A stretch of 64,000 bases of DNA from the NCBI GenBank assembly GCA_964387845.1, contig CAYLXA010000001.1, positions 128,001 through 192,000 of the forward strand, written 5' to 3'. Position numbers and translations under genes: made by a program. Source of the DNA: an uncultured bacterium (lineage in GTDB: Bacteria > Omnitrophota > Omnitrophia > Omnitrophales > Abzuiibacteriaceae). This document shows, piece by piece, positions 9,656 to 19,200 of this stretch (position 1 is the stretch's first letter; each line of letters begins with the position of its first letter). The notes beneath the pieces are model-generated. The model was not told where the DNA came from. It made no database searches and worked only from the letters and a program-made list of their open reading frames with translations.

Positions 9656-12600
9656 GTCAAAGCTCCTTTCTGATTTAATTTTAATTCACGAGACTTCCAA
9701 ACCGCGTAAATCGCGGGATACACCAAAAGTTCGAGGATAAACGATGTCAACAGCCCACCGATCATAGGCGCCGCAATCCGTTTCATCACATCGGCACCGG
9801 CGCCCATCGTCCACATGATGGGAATCAAACCCATGAATGAAGTAACGACTGTCATCATTTTGGGCCTCACGCGCTTGACCGCTCCGTGGACCACAGCTTC
9901 ATCCAAATCCTCTTTGGTTTTCATTTTGCCGTTTTTGACCGCGTCTTGATACGCTAAATCTAAAAAGAGCAGCATGAAAACACCCGTTTCGGCATCGAGT
10001 CCCATTAGCGCAATCATGCCGACCCAAACAGCAATTGAAATATTGTAGTCCAGAATCCAAAGCAGCCAAACCGCTCCGATCAGCGAAAATGGGACGGCAA
10101 GCAAGACGATCCCTGTTTTCACCCATGATTTGGTATTGATATAAAGCAGGAAACAAATAATAAACAGTGTGAGCGGTATTACAATTTTCAAACGTTCTTT
10201 CACACGGATCATATTTTCATACTGCCCGCTCCAAAGCAGCGTGTAACCCGGCGTCAGCTTTAGTTCTCGATCGACGATTTTCTTCGCCTCATCAACATAG
10301 CTTCCAATATCGCGCCCTGTCATATCAACATATACGTACCCGGCCAACAAACCATTTTCATTTCGGATCATGGCTGGCCCGGAATTTAAGCGGATATCCG
10401 CAAGCTGCGCAAGCGGCACATGAGTTCCTGACGGCGTCGGCACAAAAACACGTTTTAGTTTTTCAATGTCATCCCGAAATTCACGTGAATAACGGACATT
10501 GACCGGATAACGTTCGCGGCCTTCGATAGTAGTTGTGATATTCTCACCGCCGATTGCAGTCATGATAACCAGCTGCGCATCATCAACTGAAAGCCCATAA
10601 CGCGCAAGTTCTTCGCGCTTCAAATCAAAATCCACAAAATAGCCGCCCGCCACCCGTTCCGCGTAGACGCTGCGTGTTCCCGGAACGTTTCGAAGAATCA
10701 TTTCAATATGCGTTCCGATTTCCTGGATCTTTTGAATATCATCGCCCAGGATTTTGATTCCGATCGGCGTTCGGACGCCTGTTGTTAGCATGTCAATCCG
10801 GTTTTTAATCGGCATCGTCCAGGCGTTTGTAGTCCCCGGAATTTTGAGCGCTTGATCCATCAGTTCAATTAATTCTTCGTGAGAAATACGCTCAGGCCAA
10901 ACACTTTGAAAAGGCCATTTGAAATGAGCCGGCAGCCACGAATGCCACCTTGGCTTGAAGCGCCATTCTTTTTCGGGCTTGAGCAGCACAACAGTTTCCA
11001 TCATGGAAAACGGCGCAGGGTCGGTCGAGCTTTCGATACGGCCGGATTTTCCGAACACACGCTCCACTTCGGGAAAACTTTTGAGGATTTTATCTTGTTT
11101 CTGTAAAAGTGCCTGAGCTTCGGTTACTGAAATTCCGGGCAAAGTGGTCGGCATGTAGAGAATGCTGCCTTCCCATAAGGGCGGCATAAATTCGGTGCCA
11201 AGACGCATATAAACCGGAATGGTTGTGAGCACCAATAAAAGCGCTGCGATAATTGTTTTCTTGCGGTGTCTTAGAACAAACCGGCACACCGGTTCATAAA
11301 TCTTAAATAAAACTTTGCTGACCGGATGTTTTTCTTCGGGATAGTAAGTGCCAACAAAAAGCGTGGTTGCCATTTTAGACAGCCATGTGAGCTTGATCCC
11401 CTCGCCCTTCCCTCGCTTCGAAGGAAAAAGATTGATGGTGAGGGGTTTGAACGGCTCCATGCGCGTAAAGAGCATCCGGATCGCAGGATCGAGTGTAATG
11501 GCCAAAATGGCGGCAATCGCCATCGCTAAATTCTTGGACCAGGCGAGAGGTTTAAAGAGGCGCCCTTCCTGATCCACTAAAGTGAAAATCGGCAAGAAGG
11601 CGACGGCAATCACAAGCAGTGAAAAGAAAATAGAGGGCCCGACTTCTTTTAACGCCTGAAGCCGGACTACATGGAAATCCCCTTTCCTACCGCCTTCTAT
11701 CCATTGCTCCAGCCGTTTGTATGCGTTTTCAACTTCTACGATAGCGCCGTCCACCAAAACACCGATTGAAATGGCGATGCCGGCAAGCGACATGATGTTG
11801 GATGTTAGGTTCATTCCGTTCAGAAGAATGAACGAAAGCAGCACCGAAATCGGAATGGTCACAATCGGAACAATCGCAGACGGAAAATGCCAGAGGAAAA
11901 TCATAATGATGATGCTGACAATAATCATTTCTTCAACAAGCTGATGTTTCAGCGTTTCAATCGCACGGACGATTAAATCCGACCTGTCGTAAAGCTCTAC
12001 CAATTCCACGCCTGGAGGAAATGAGGATTTCAATTCCTTAAACCGCTCCTTAACACGTTTGATGACTGTCAAAGCATTTTCACCGGAGCGCATGACGATG
12101 GTTCCTGTCACCACATCGCCCTCGCCGTTTAAGTCCGCAAGCCCGCGGCGGATTTCAGGCCCGATTGTCACAGTCCCGATGTGTTTCACCAAAATCGGCG
12201 TGCCTTTTTCATCGATACCGACTACAATATTTTCAAATTCATCAATTGTTTTCGCATAACCACGGCTCCGCACCATGTATTCCGCGCCTGAAAATTCAAG
12301 AAGCCTTCCGCCGACCTCCTGATTTCCTTTCCGGATCGCCTCTACCACGCGTGTGATCGGCATGTTGTAAGCCAAAAGCCGGTTTGGATCGATTGTCACT
12401 TGATATTGCTTCACAAATCCGCCGAGAGAAGCGACTTCGGCAACGCCCGGAACGCTTTGAAGGTTGTAGCGCAGAAACCAATCTTGAAAAGATCTTAATT
12501 CCTGGAGGTCGTGCTGCCCGGTTTTATCAACAATCGCGTATTGATAAACCCAGCCAACACCCGTCGCGTCAGGCCCAAGTTCGGTTTTGACACCGTCGGG

Positions 12601-13023
12601 AAGCTTTGGGATGATTTTGCTGAGGTATTCAAGCGTACGGCTTCTCGCCCAGTAAAGATCGGTACCGTCCTTGAAAATGACATAAACATAAGAAAATCCA
12701 AAATCCGAAAAGCCGCGGATTGCTTTCACATTGGGCGCTCCGAGCATCGCCGTCACGATCGGATACGTCACTTGATCTTCAATGATGTCGGGACTTCTAT
12801 CCCAGCGCGAATAAATAATGACCTGCGTATCCGACAAATCCGGAATAGCATCAAGCGGAATCCGCTTGAGCGACCAAATGGCTGCTAAAATGGCGCATCC
12901 AACAAGAATCAATACCAAAAATTTATTGTGCGCCGAAAATTCAATGATCTTCTCGATCACGCCTTCTTTTCTATTCGGATTAAGCTCCATGTTGATGGCC
13001 TCCGGCTCCGCCGATTTCTTCAA
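9652..13023 (-). CDS. heavy-metal efflux RND permease (CusA/CzcA family)
   Basis: 1123 aa. 12-TM RND architecture with HME-family blocks (AIGGENITTTIEGRERYPVNVRY, GLDAETGVFMLLF). The real start may be MELNP at 12990. Confidence 0.9.
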   Translation of the reverse strand: MKKSAEPEAINMELNPNRKEGVIEKIIEFSAHNKFLVLILVGCAILAAIWSLKRIPLDAIPDLSDTQVIIYSRWDRSPDIIEDQVTYPIVTAMLGAPNVKAIRGFSDFGFSYVYVIFKDGTDLYWARSRTLEYLSKIIPKLPDGVKTELGPDATGVGWVYQYAIVDKTGQHDLQELRSFQDWFLRYNLQSVPGVAEVASLGGFVKQYQVTIDPNRLLAYNMPITRVVEAIRKGNQEVGGRLLEFSGAEYMVRSRGYAKTIDEFENIVVGIDEKGTPILVKHIGTVTIGPEIRRGLADLNGEGDVVTGTIVMRSGENALTVIKRVKERFKELKSSFPPGVELVELYDRSDLIVRAIETLKHQLVEEMIIVSIIIMIFLWHFPSAIVPIVTIPISVLLSFILLNGMNLTSNIMSLAGIAISIGVLVDGAIVEVENAYKRLEQWIEGGRKGDFHVVRLQALKEVGPSIFFSLLVIAVAFLPIFTLVDQEGRLFKPLAWSKNLAMAIAAILAITLDPAIRMLFTRMEPFKPLTINLFPSKRGKGEGIKLTWLSKMATTLFVGTYYPEEKHPVSKVLFKIYEPVCRFVLRHRKKTIIAALLLVLTTIPVYMRLGTEFMPPLWEGSILYMPTTLPGISVTEAQALLQKQDKILKSFPEVERVFGKSGRIESSTDPAPFSMMETVVLLKPEKEWRFKPRWHSWLPAHFKWPFQSVWPERISHEELIELMDQALKIPGTTNAWTMPIKNRIDMLTTGVRTPIGIKILGDDIQKIQEIGTHIEMILRNVPGTRSVYAERVAGGYFVDFDLKREELARYGLSVDDAQLVIMTAIGGENITTTIEGRERYPVNVRYSREFRDDIEKLKRVFVPTPSGTHVPLAQLADIRLNSGPAMIRNENGLLAGYVYVDMTGRDIGSYVDEAKKIVDRELKLTPGYTLLWSGQYENMIRVKERLKIVIPLTLFIICFLLYINTKSWVKTGIVLLAVPFSLIGAVWLLWILDYNISIAVWVGMIALMGLDAETGVFMLLFLDLAYQDAVKNGKMKTKEDLDEAVVHGAVKRVRPKMMTVVTSFMGLIPIMWTMGAGADVMKRIAAPMIGGLLTSFILELLVYPAIYAVWKSRELKLNQKGALT

Positions 13024-14245
13024 GCGCAGATGTCAGGCGGCTTTCGGAATCAATTAAAAAATTTCCGCTTGTCACAGCCAGCTCGCCCTCTGACAAACCG
13101 TTTTTAATTTCATAAAACCGGTCGGTCTTCACACCAAGCGTGACTTCGCGCGGTTCAAACCGTCCATCCGGTTTCGAAACAAATACCACGTTTTTCTCTC
13201 CGGTCCTAAATACCGCCTCTTCCGATACGGCAAGCACATCGCCCAAATCAATTCGAAGCACCGCATTGACATACATTTGCGGTTTCAAAAAGCCTTCCGG
13301 ATTATCAAGCACAGCACGGATATTAATGGTTCTGGTCATCGAATCAATCACCGTATCCACAGCGCGGATAATGCCTTTCCATTTTTTTCCTGAAACAGCC
13401 GGGACTTCTACCTCGACCTCATTTCCGATTTTCACAAGCGGCATTTCATATTCATAAATCGGTGCATAAAGCCATGCGGTTCCGCCTGCTTCCGAATAAA
13501 GCAGTGAGCGGTCGGCTTTGCCTGCGGTTTCCAATTCTTGAATAATCTCATCGCTTAAGCCCATCAATTTCAATTTAATGCGCGCAGATTCCACAAGCTT
13601 CGCGGCTTGTTCCTTGATTTCCTGGATGGTACCGCCCTCTGCTTTTTTGAGCGATTCACGGGCTTGCAAATATTCTTCTTCGGCTTGGTAAAGCACGGGG
13701 TCATAGGCAATACGGCCTGCCGTGCGGATGGTTTTTGTCATCGGTATTTTTTTGACCGCCTCTGTCTTGACCCCGATGAGCTGCTGTTTTTCCGGATCCA
13801 ATTTGACATTGGCATAGCCGTCTGGCAGCAAATCTTTAATCACAACACCTAAATCTTCGCCGCAATGCGGACATTTTCCGGCGCGCGCAATTTCTTCTGT
13901 CATTGCAATCATGCATTGGCCCATTTTGCACTTATGAAGCAGGCAAATTTCACCCGGCTTCATACTCATGAGTTCCTTTAGCGTCATTTCACGCGGCTGA
14001 TTGGATCCGTGGGGCATATGCGCCTTTTCAGATTCGCCTCGCTTCACCAGGTTCATGTTGCATATCGGACAGCTGCCAGGCCGGTCAGACGTATAAGTCG
14101 GATGCATCGGACAATAATAAAGTGGCTTGCTTGCAGTTTTATGTGTTTGATTATGCATCTTTGGCGCTTGACGCATCCAAACTGCAGCGCCTACTATCGC
14201 GATGACAATTACCAAAAGCGCAATCAGTGTTTTATTTTTGTTCAT
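12980..14245 (-). CDS. RND efflux periplasmic adaptor (CusB-like) with an N-terminal Cys/Met/His metal-binding extension
   Basis: 421 aa. YYCPMHPTYTSDRPGSCPICNMNLV and CKMGQC...CPHCGE motifs, followed by membrane-fusion-protein beta-barrel and lipoyl-like regions. Confidence 0.8.
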   Translation of the reverse strand: MNKNKTLIALLVIVIAIVGAAVWMRQAPKMHNQTHKTASKPLYYCPMHPTYTSDRPGSCPICNMNLVKRGESEKAHMPHGSNQPREMTLKELMSMKPGEICLLHKCKMGQCMIAMTEEIARAGKCPHCGEDLGVVIKDLLPDGYANVKLDPEKQQLIGVKTEAVKKIPMTKTIRTAGRIAYDPVLYQAEEEYLQARESLKKAEGGTIQEIKEQAAKLVESARIKLKLMGLSDEIIQELETAGKADRSLLYSEAGGTAWLYAPIYEYEMPLVKIGNEVEVEVPAVSGKKWKGIIRAVDTVIDSMTRTINIRAVLDNPEGFLKPQMYVNAVLRIDLGDVLAVSEEAVFRTGEKNVVFVSKPDGRFEPREVTLGVKTDRFYEIKNGLSEGELAVTSGNFLIDSESRLTSALEEIGGAGGHQHGA

Positions 14246-15501
14246 TGCTTCCCCTCTTTCGTTTGAGTCAACACGGTTAAGCCGCAGCAGCGTAGAAGAT
14301 CAACGTAAGCTTTTAGTGATTCTGTGTGAAATTGAATTTGCGCGAGTTTTGCGTTGAAGTAAACCCGCTCGCTATCGAGTAGATTTAAAAAATCAACATT
14401 TCCCGCCTCATAACCTGCCTGATCGGCAGAAAGCGCGAGCTTTGCCTGCGGAACAATTGCGGTTTCATAAAGTTCCGACATTTTGAGTGCGGTTTGGTAT
14501 CGATGATAAGAATCTTTGACTTCCCGGAAGGTTTTATTTTTTGTTTCCAACAAGTCAGCTTCGCGCGCCTCTTCAAGAAGTTTCGCTTCCTGGATTTCGG
14601 GAATAATCCGGTTTTGCCAGACCGGAAGATTGAAACGGATCGGCATCATCCATTCGCTATCGCCCTCCTTCGGTTTGATCAGCCGCGCTCCGATATCCAG
14701 ATCCGGAATATAGGAAAGCTGCGCGAGACGTTTCGTGTGAGCGGCCTTTTGGACTTCAGCTTCGGCTGCCTGAATTTCCTGCCGGTTTTCAACAGCAATA
14801 TTAATAAGCTCGACCAATGAATAATCCAAGACCGGCTTTTCGGGAAGGACCGCTTTTCCGATCGGCAGCATTGGGTCTCGGTTTAACAGCGCATTCAATA
14901 CGGCGACTACACTTTCGCGCTTTTGCTCAAGCTCATATAATTTTTCTAATGATAAAGAAAATTCCGCCTGAGCTTTTGCGACATCTCTTTGGTCACCCGC
15001 AAGATTGGAATACCGCGCGGAAGCTATGGACTCAAACCGTTTAAGCAATTCCTTAATTTCATTAATCGTCTCTAGCGAAGCATCGACATAATAGAGATCG
15101 TAATAAGCATCCGTCAGTCGCAGCAAAAGGTCGCGCTCGACAATTTCTTGTTTTAGCGATGCAATATCAGCGTCGTTCTTCGCAATTTTTCCTTTTTGAT
15201 ATAACTTAACTGGAAACGGAATCGCTTGTGAAACCATGTATTCACTCTCAGCAGTTCCTGGCGTGATTTCGGCCATCGGGTCCGGAAGTGCCGTCTCCTG
15301 CCAAATTTTTTTCCTGGCGGCAAGCAACTCGGCTTTAGCGCTAATGAGTTCCGGGTTCTGTTTGAGCGCAAGCTCGATTAAATCATCCAGCCGCACTTCC
15401 TGAAGCGGAGCGCTCGCCTCGTTTTCGGCGATTACATTTCCGGAAACTGAAATCGCCATCGCGACTAACACACACATTAATTTGTATAAAAAGTGGTCCA
15501 T
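14242..15501 (-). CDS. outer-membrane efflux protein (TolC/CusC family)
   Basis: Two-repeat coiled-coil/beta OEP pattern. Start placed at MDHFLYK (15501), where AGGAG sits 9 nt upstream. Confidence 0.7.
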   Translation of the reverse strand: MDHFLYKLMCVLVAMAISVSGNVIAENEASAPLQEVRLDDLIELALKQNPELISAKAELLAARKKIWQETALPDPMAEITPGTAESEYMVSQAIPFPVKLYQKGKIAKNDADIASLKQEIVERDLLLRLTDAYYDLYYVDASLETINEIKELLKRFESIASARYSNLAGDQRDVAKAQAEFSLSLEKLYELEQKRESVVAVLNALLNRDPMLPIGKAVLPEKPVLDYSLVELINIAVENRQEIQAAEAEVQKAAHTKRLAQLSYIPDLDIGARLIKPKEGDSEWMMPIRFNLPVWQNRIIPEIQEAKLLEEAREADLLETKNKTFREVKDSYHRYQTALKMSELYETAIVPQAKLALSADQAGYEAGNVDFLNLLDSERVYFNAKLAQIQFHTESLKAYVDLLRCCGLTVLTQTKEGKQ

Positions 15502-15586
15502 TTTAAACTCCTGTTGATCAAAATAACTGTAAAATCTCCACACGCCGCTCGTTAAAGGTTTCGGCGCAAAGAAGTATTTTGAGAAA

Positions 15587-15964
15587 TCAAATCAGGAGCT
15601 GAACGGTCGCAAGCTTGGATAAGCTTGGCGGAGATATTTCGGAATGATTTAAAACGCTTGAAGTAAAGCCGGGTACAAAAACTGCTTTGGCCTCTGGTGA
15701 AATGGTTTTAAAACCGGAAACCAATTTTTCTACTTCAAAAGAATGAACGCCTGCAGCTTGATCCTTATTAATCACCATCGGCTTGTCGGTGCAGGCATTC
15801 TCGCCCGGGCAGCAGCAAGAATCGGCTTTGGTTATAATCACTTCATTCGCCGCCGCTTGTGCTGTGGGACAGTGACACAACGCCGCACACATAAAAACAA
15901 ATGTCGGCACTAAAAACACTGCTAACAAAATTCGTAATATTTTATTGCCGCATTTGGTTTTCAT
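15587..15964 (-). CDS. small secreted Cys-rich protein (possible metal-binding accessory protein or regulator)
   Basis: 125 aa. Signal peptide followed by CxxxCHC and SCCCPGENAC clusters. First gene of the efflux operon. Confidence 0.45.
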   Translation of the reverse strand: MKTKCGNKILRILLAVFLVPTFVFMCAALCHCPTAQAAANEVIITKADSCCCPGENACTDKPMVINKDQAAGVHSFEVEKLVSGFKTISPEAKAVFVPGFTSSVLNHSEISPPSLSKLATVQLLI

Positions 15965-16147
15965 AAAAACGCCTCAAAATCTAGTAAAAAACTAACACAG
16001 ACTTTGTTTTTCTGTCAAGAACCTCATGCCATTTATCGTCCTCTTTTGCCTAAAATATCAGCTGGCTGTTAAAAATTTTTTAGGTGTAAGGTGTGAATCA
16101 ATTTTTGCCTTATTTTCGCCCTCCAAAATCAATAAACCAAGCGAAAA

Positions 16148-16175
16148 TGACTTTCTAAAACGCTGAAGAAAGTCA
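16148..16175. promoter_or_regulatory. perfect 8-bp inverted repeat TGACTTTC-N12-GAAAGTCA in the divergent intergenic region
   Basis: Read directly from the sequence at 16148..16155 and 16168..16175. Confidence 0.4.
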
Positions 16176-16187
16176 AATCGCTTTATC

Positions 16188-16202
16188 TGTCAAAATTTGA
16201 CA
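16188..16202. promoter_or_regulatory. palindromic operator candidate TGTCA-N5-TGACA
   Basis: tgtcaaaatttgaca lies between the efflux operon and the 1920-aa gene. It shares the GTCA/TGAC core with the neighbouring inverted repeat. Confidence 0.4.
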
Positions 16203-16297
16203 ACACGTAATTGCCGTGCGACGCTCAAATTAGGTGCGTGAAAGGCTTTTGTTCGTAAAAAACAAAATGACGACACAAACCAGACCCTACAACAACC

Positions 16298-19200
16298 GTG
16301 ATGGACAATATGAAAAAGAGTACAAATTTTTTTGTACCTTTATTTAAATCTTTTCTAACTGGCTTACCAAAACGCGTTGTTACAGTTCTAGCCACTTTCT
16401 TCCTAGTCATTAACCAAGTCATTATTCCGGTTCCTAATTCCTTACTTCCCACGCTTAGCCCGGCAATCGCACAAGCTTCGGAAGATAACGGTACGACGGT
16501 GTCGATAGAAGCCTCCGGCGACGCTTATCTATCAAAGCAAAATCCGGATCAAAATTATGGCATTACGGATCTTATTACCGTAGACGGGCAAGACATTAAT
16601 GGAGACCCGAACACTGAGCTACGCGGACTGATCAAATGGAATCTTAGCCAATTGCCGGAAGGCAGTGTGGTCCAATCTGCCAGAATCATCCTTCATCTCG
16701 TCAACCACAGCGGCGGCAATGTTTATACCTTGCACAAATCTACGAAAGACTGGCACGAGGCGGATGTGACATGGAACAATGCAAGTGCCGACTTTGAATC
16801 AGCCTCTCTCGGCATACTGTCATCCAATATTTTAGGATTGCACAGCATCCCGTTGAATAGCGACGGAATTGCAGCCATTCAATCTTGGATCGATAATCCG
16901 GAAACCAATTTTGGATTTTTAATCCTCCCTGACGCAAACAGCACCAACGGCTTTGAATTTAAATCAAAAGATTCTTCTATTAAACCCGTCCTTGAAGTGA
17001 CAGTCACATTTCCTCAGGATGCTAGTTACAACGTTGAGATGTCAGTGAGTGGCGACGGCGCTATTTTCGTGAGCCCGGAACAGCCATTTGGATTTAACGA
17101 TAACGTTACGTTTACGGCGGAAGCCAACGATGGCTGGCAATTTGAAAGGTGGGAAGGCGATCTTGGCGGAGTGGAAAATCCGGCAACGATTCAAATTCAA
17201 AACAACATGAATGTGATGGCTGTTTTTCAATCTCTGGCTCCAGCTGAACCGCAAATGGGAATGTCGACTTGCGGTAACGGCGTGCTCGAAAATGGCGAAC
17301 AATGCGAGGGATCAAATCTGGGAGGTCAAAGCTGCTCAACTCTCGGGAACGGTTCAGGAACTCTTGTGTGTGCAAGCGACTGCACATTCAATATGGGCAG
17401 TTGCGCATTTGCGTGGCCGGCCGAGGCATTTGCATCAGCCGAAAACTTAACTTACATTGATTCTACCGGCTTTGGGGTTAATTTAAGCGGCGCCGCTTGG
17501 AATCCGGTATCACGAAAACTTTGGCTCGTTCGAAATGGCGGACCCGGCGGATCAAAATTGTGGGTATTGAGAGAAAATGGCAGCGGCGGATTTGAAGTTG
17601 ATTATAAAAATGGGCTGCGCGGTGAATGGTCCAATTTTAATGATTTAGAGGCTATTGCGCTGGCTGATTTTAATAATCCCGATGTGGTTTATTTATTAAT
17701 AGAAGGCGAAGAGCGCATTAAGAGATACAACATATCGACCTACGGCACGGCCATTCTTGAACGAAATTGGAACACAAGTCCGCATTTACCTTTAAATGGC
17801 GGGAGCGGCGCTGAAGCGCTTGCTTTTATTCCCGATTCATTTTTGACTGCGCAGGGCTTTGTAGATCCGGCCGGCAATCCGCGCACAAGTCAAAACGGAA
17901 TGGGCGGCTTGATGTTTGTCGGTCATCAAAACGGCGGACGGATTTATGTGTTCGACTTAAATCCTAATAATGACTCTTTCACCTATGTTGGCGCTTATCG
18001 AACAAACTATTCTGAAACTGCAGATCTGGCCTTTGATCGTTCAACCGGTTACTTGTATGTTTTTCATGGCGCCAATCATAATCATACTGAAGTGGTGTCT
18101 CTGGCTTCAACAGTAAACGGAAGTGAGCGAAAGCTTGTCACGCTGGTTGATTATAATCGCCCAACCGGAAGCGCAACAAACAGCAATATGGAAGGCATTG
18201 CGGTTGTTGAAACATCTGATTGTGCGGATGGAAAACGAGATTTCTTTTTGACGATTGATGACGGCGGCGCTGATTCCCTGTTCCGCTTCCGTAATTTTCC
18301 GTGCGGCTTGGCACGCAACAAAGCGCCTGTTGTGAATGCCGGATCCGATCAAACCATTACATTCCCGAACGCCGCTGCATTAAATGCAAGCGCATCCGAT
18401 GATCGTTTGCCCAATGGAACTATTACAACAACGTGGACACAAATTGGATTTGTGCCTGCGCCAGGTGTTTCCGGAAGCGGTGTCGCTACATTTGATGATT
18501 CAACCGCGTTAGCAACAAACGTTAACTTTGACTTGGCCGGCGATTACACGCTCCGCATGACAGTCACCGATGGCGAACTCTCAGCCGCGGACGATGTGAT
18601 TGTAACTGTCGATGAGGCAGCACGGCCTGTTACGTTTACCATTAATGCCTCGGCTGGATCTAACGGGTTTATTTCACCGATTGGAGAAGTTATTGTTGAT
18701 TCAGGCGCTAATCAAACATTCACAATCGCGCCAAATGCCAATTATCACATTGCCAATGTATTAGTAGACGGGGCTTCCGTAGGCGCGGTTTCAAGTTACA
18801 CATTTTCAAACGTAACGGCGAATCATACCATCGCGGCCAGTTTTGAAGTGAATACTTATACGATTGACTCCTCCGCGGGATCCAATGGTTCTATCTCACC
18901 CGCCGGTGTGACGACAGTGAATCATGGCGGTAGTCAAACCTTCACCATGACACCGAGCACAGGCTATCACGTAGCTGATGTGTTGGTGGATGGTGCATCA
19001 GTAGGTGCCGTGTCTAGCTATACCTTCAGCAATGTGACGGCTGATCATACGATTGAGGTGAGTTTTGCAGCAAGCAGTTTCACCATCACAGCTACAGCCG
19101 GCACTAATGGTTCTATCTCGCCAAGTGGTGATGTGGATGTTTCAGCCGGAGATGATCAGGTGTTTACGATAACGCCTAATTCTGGATTTCAAATTCAGAA

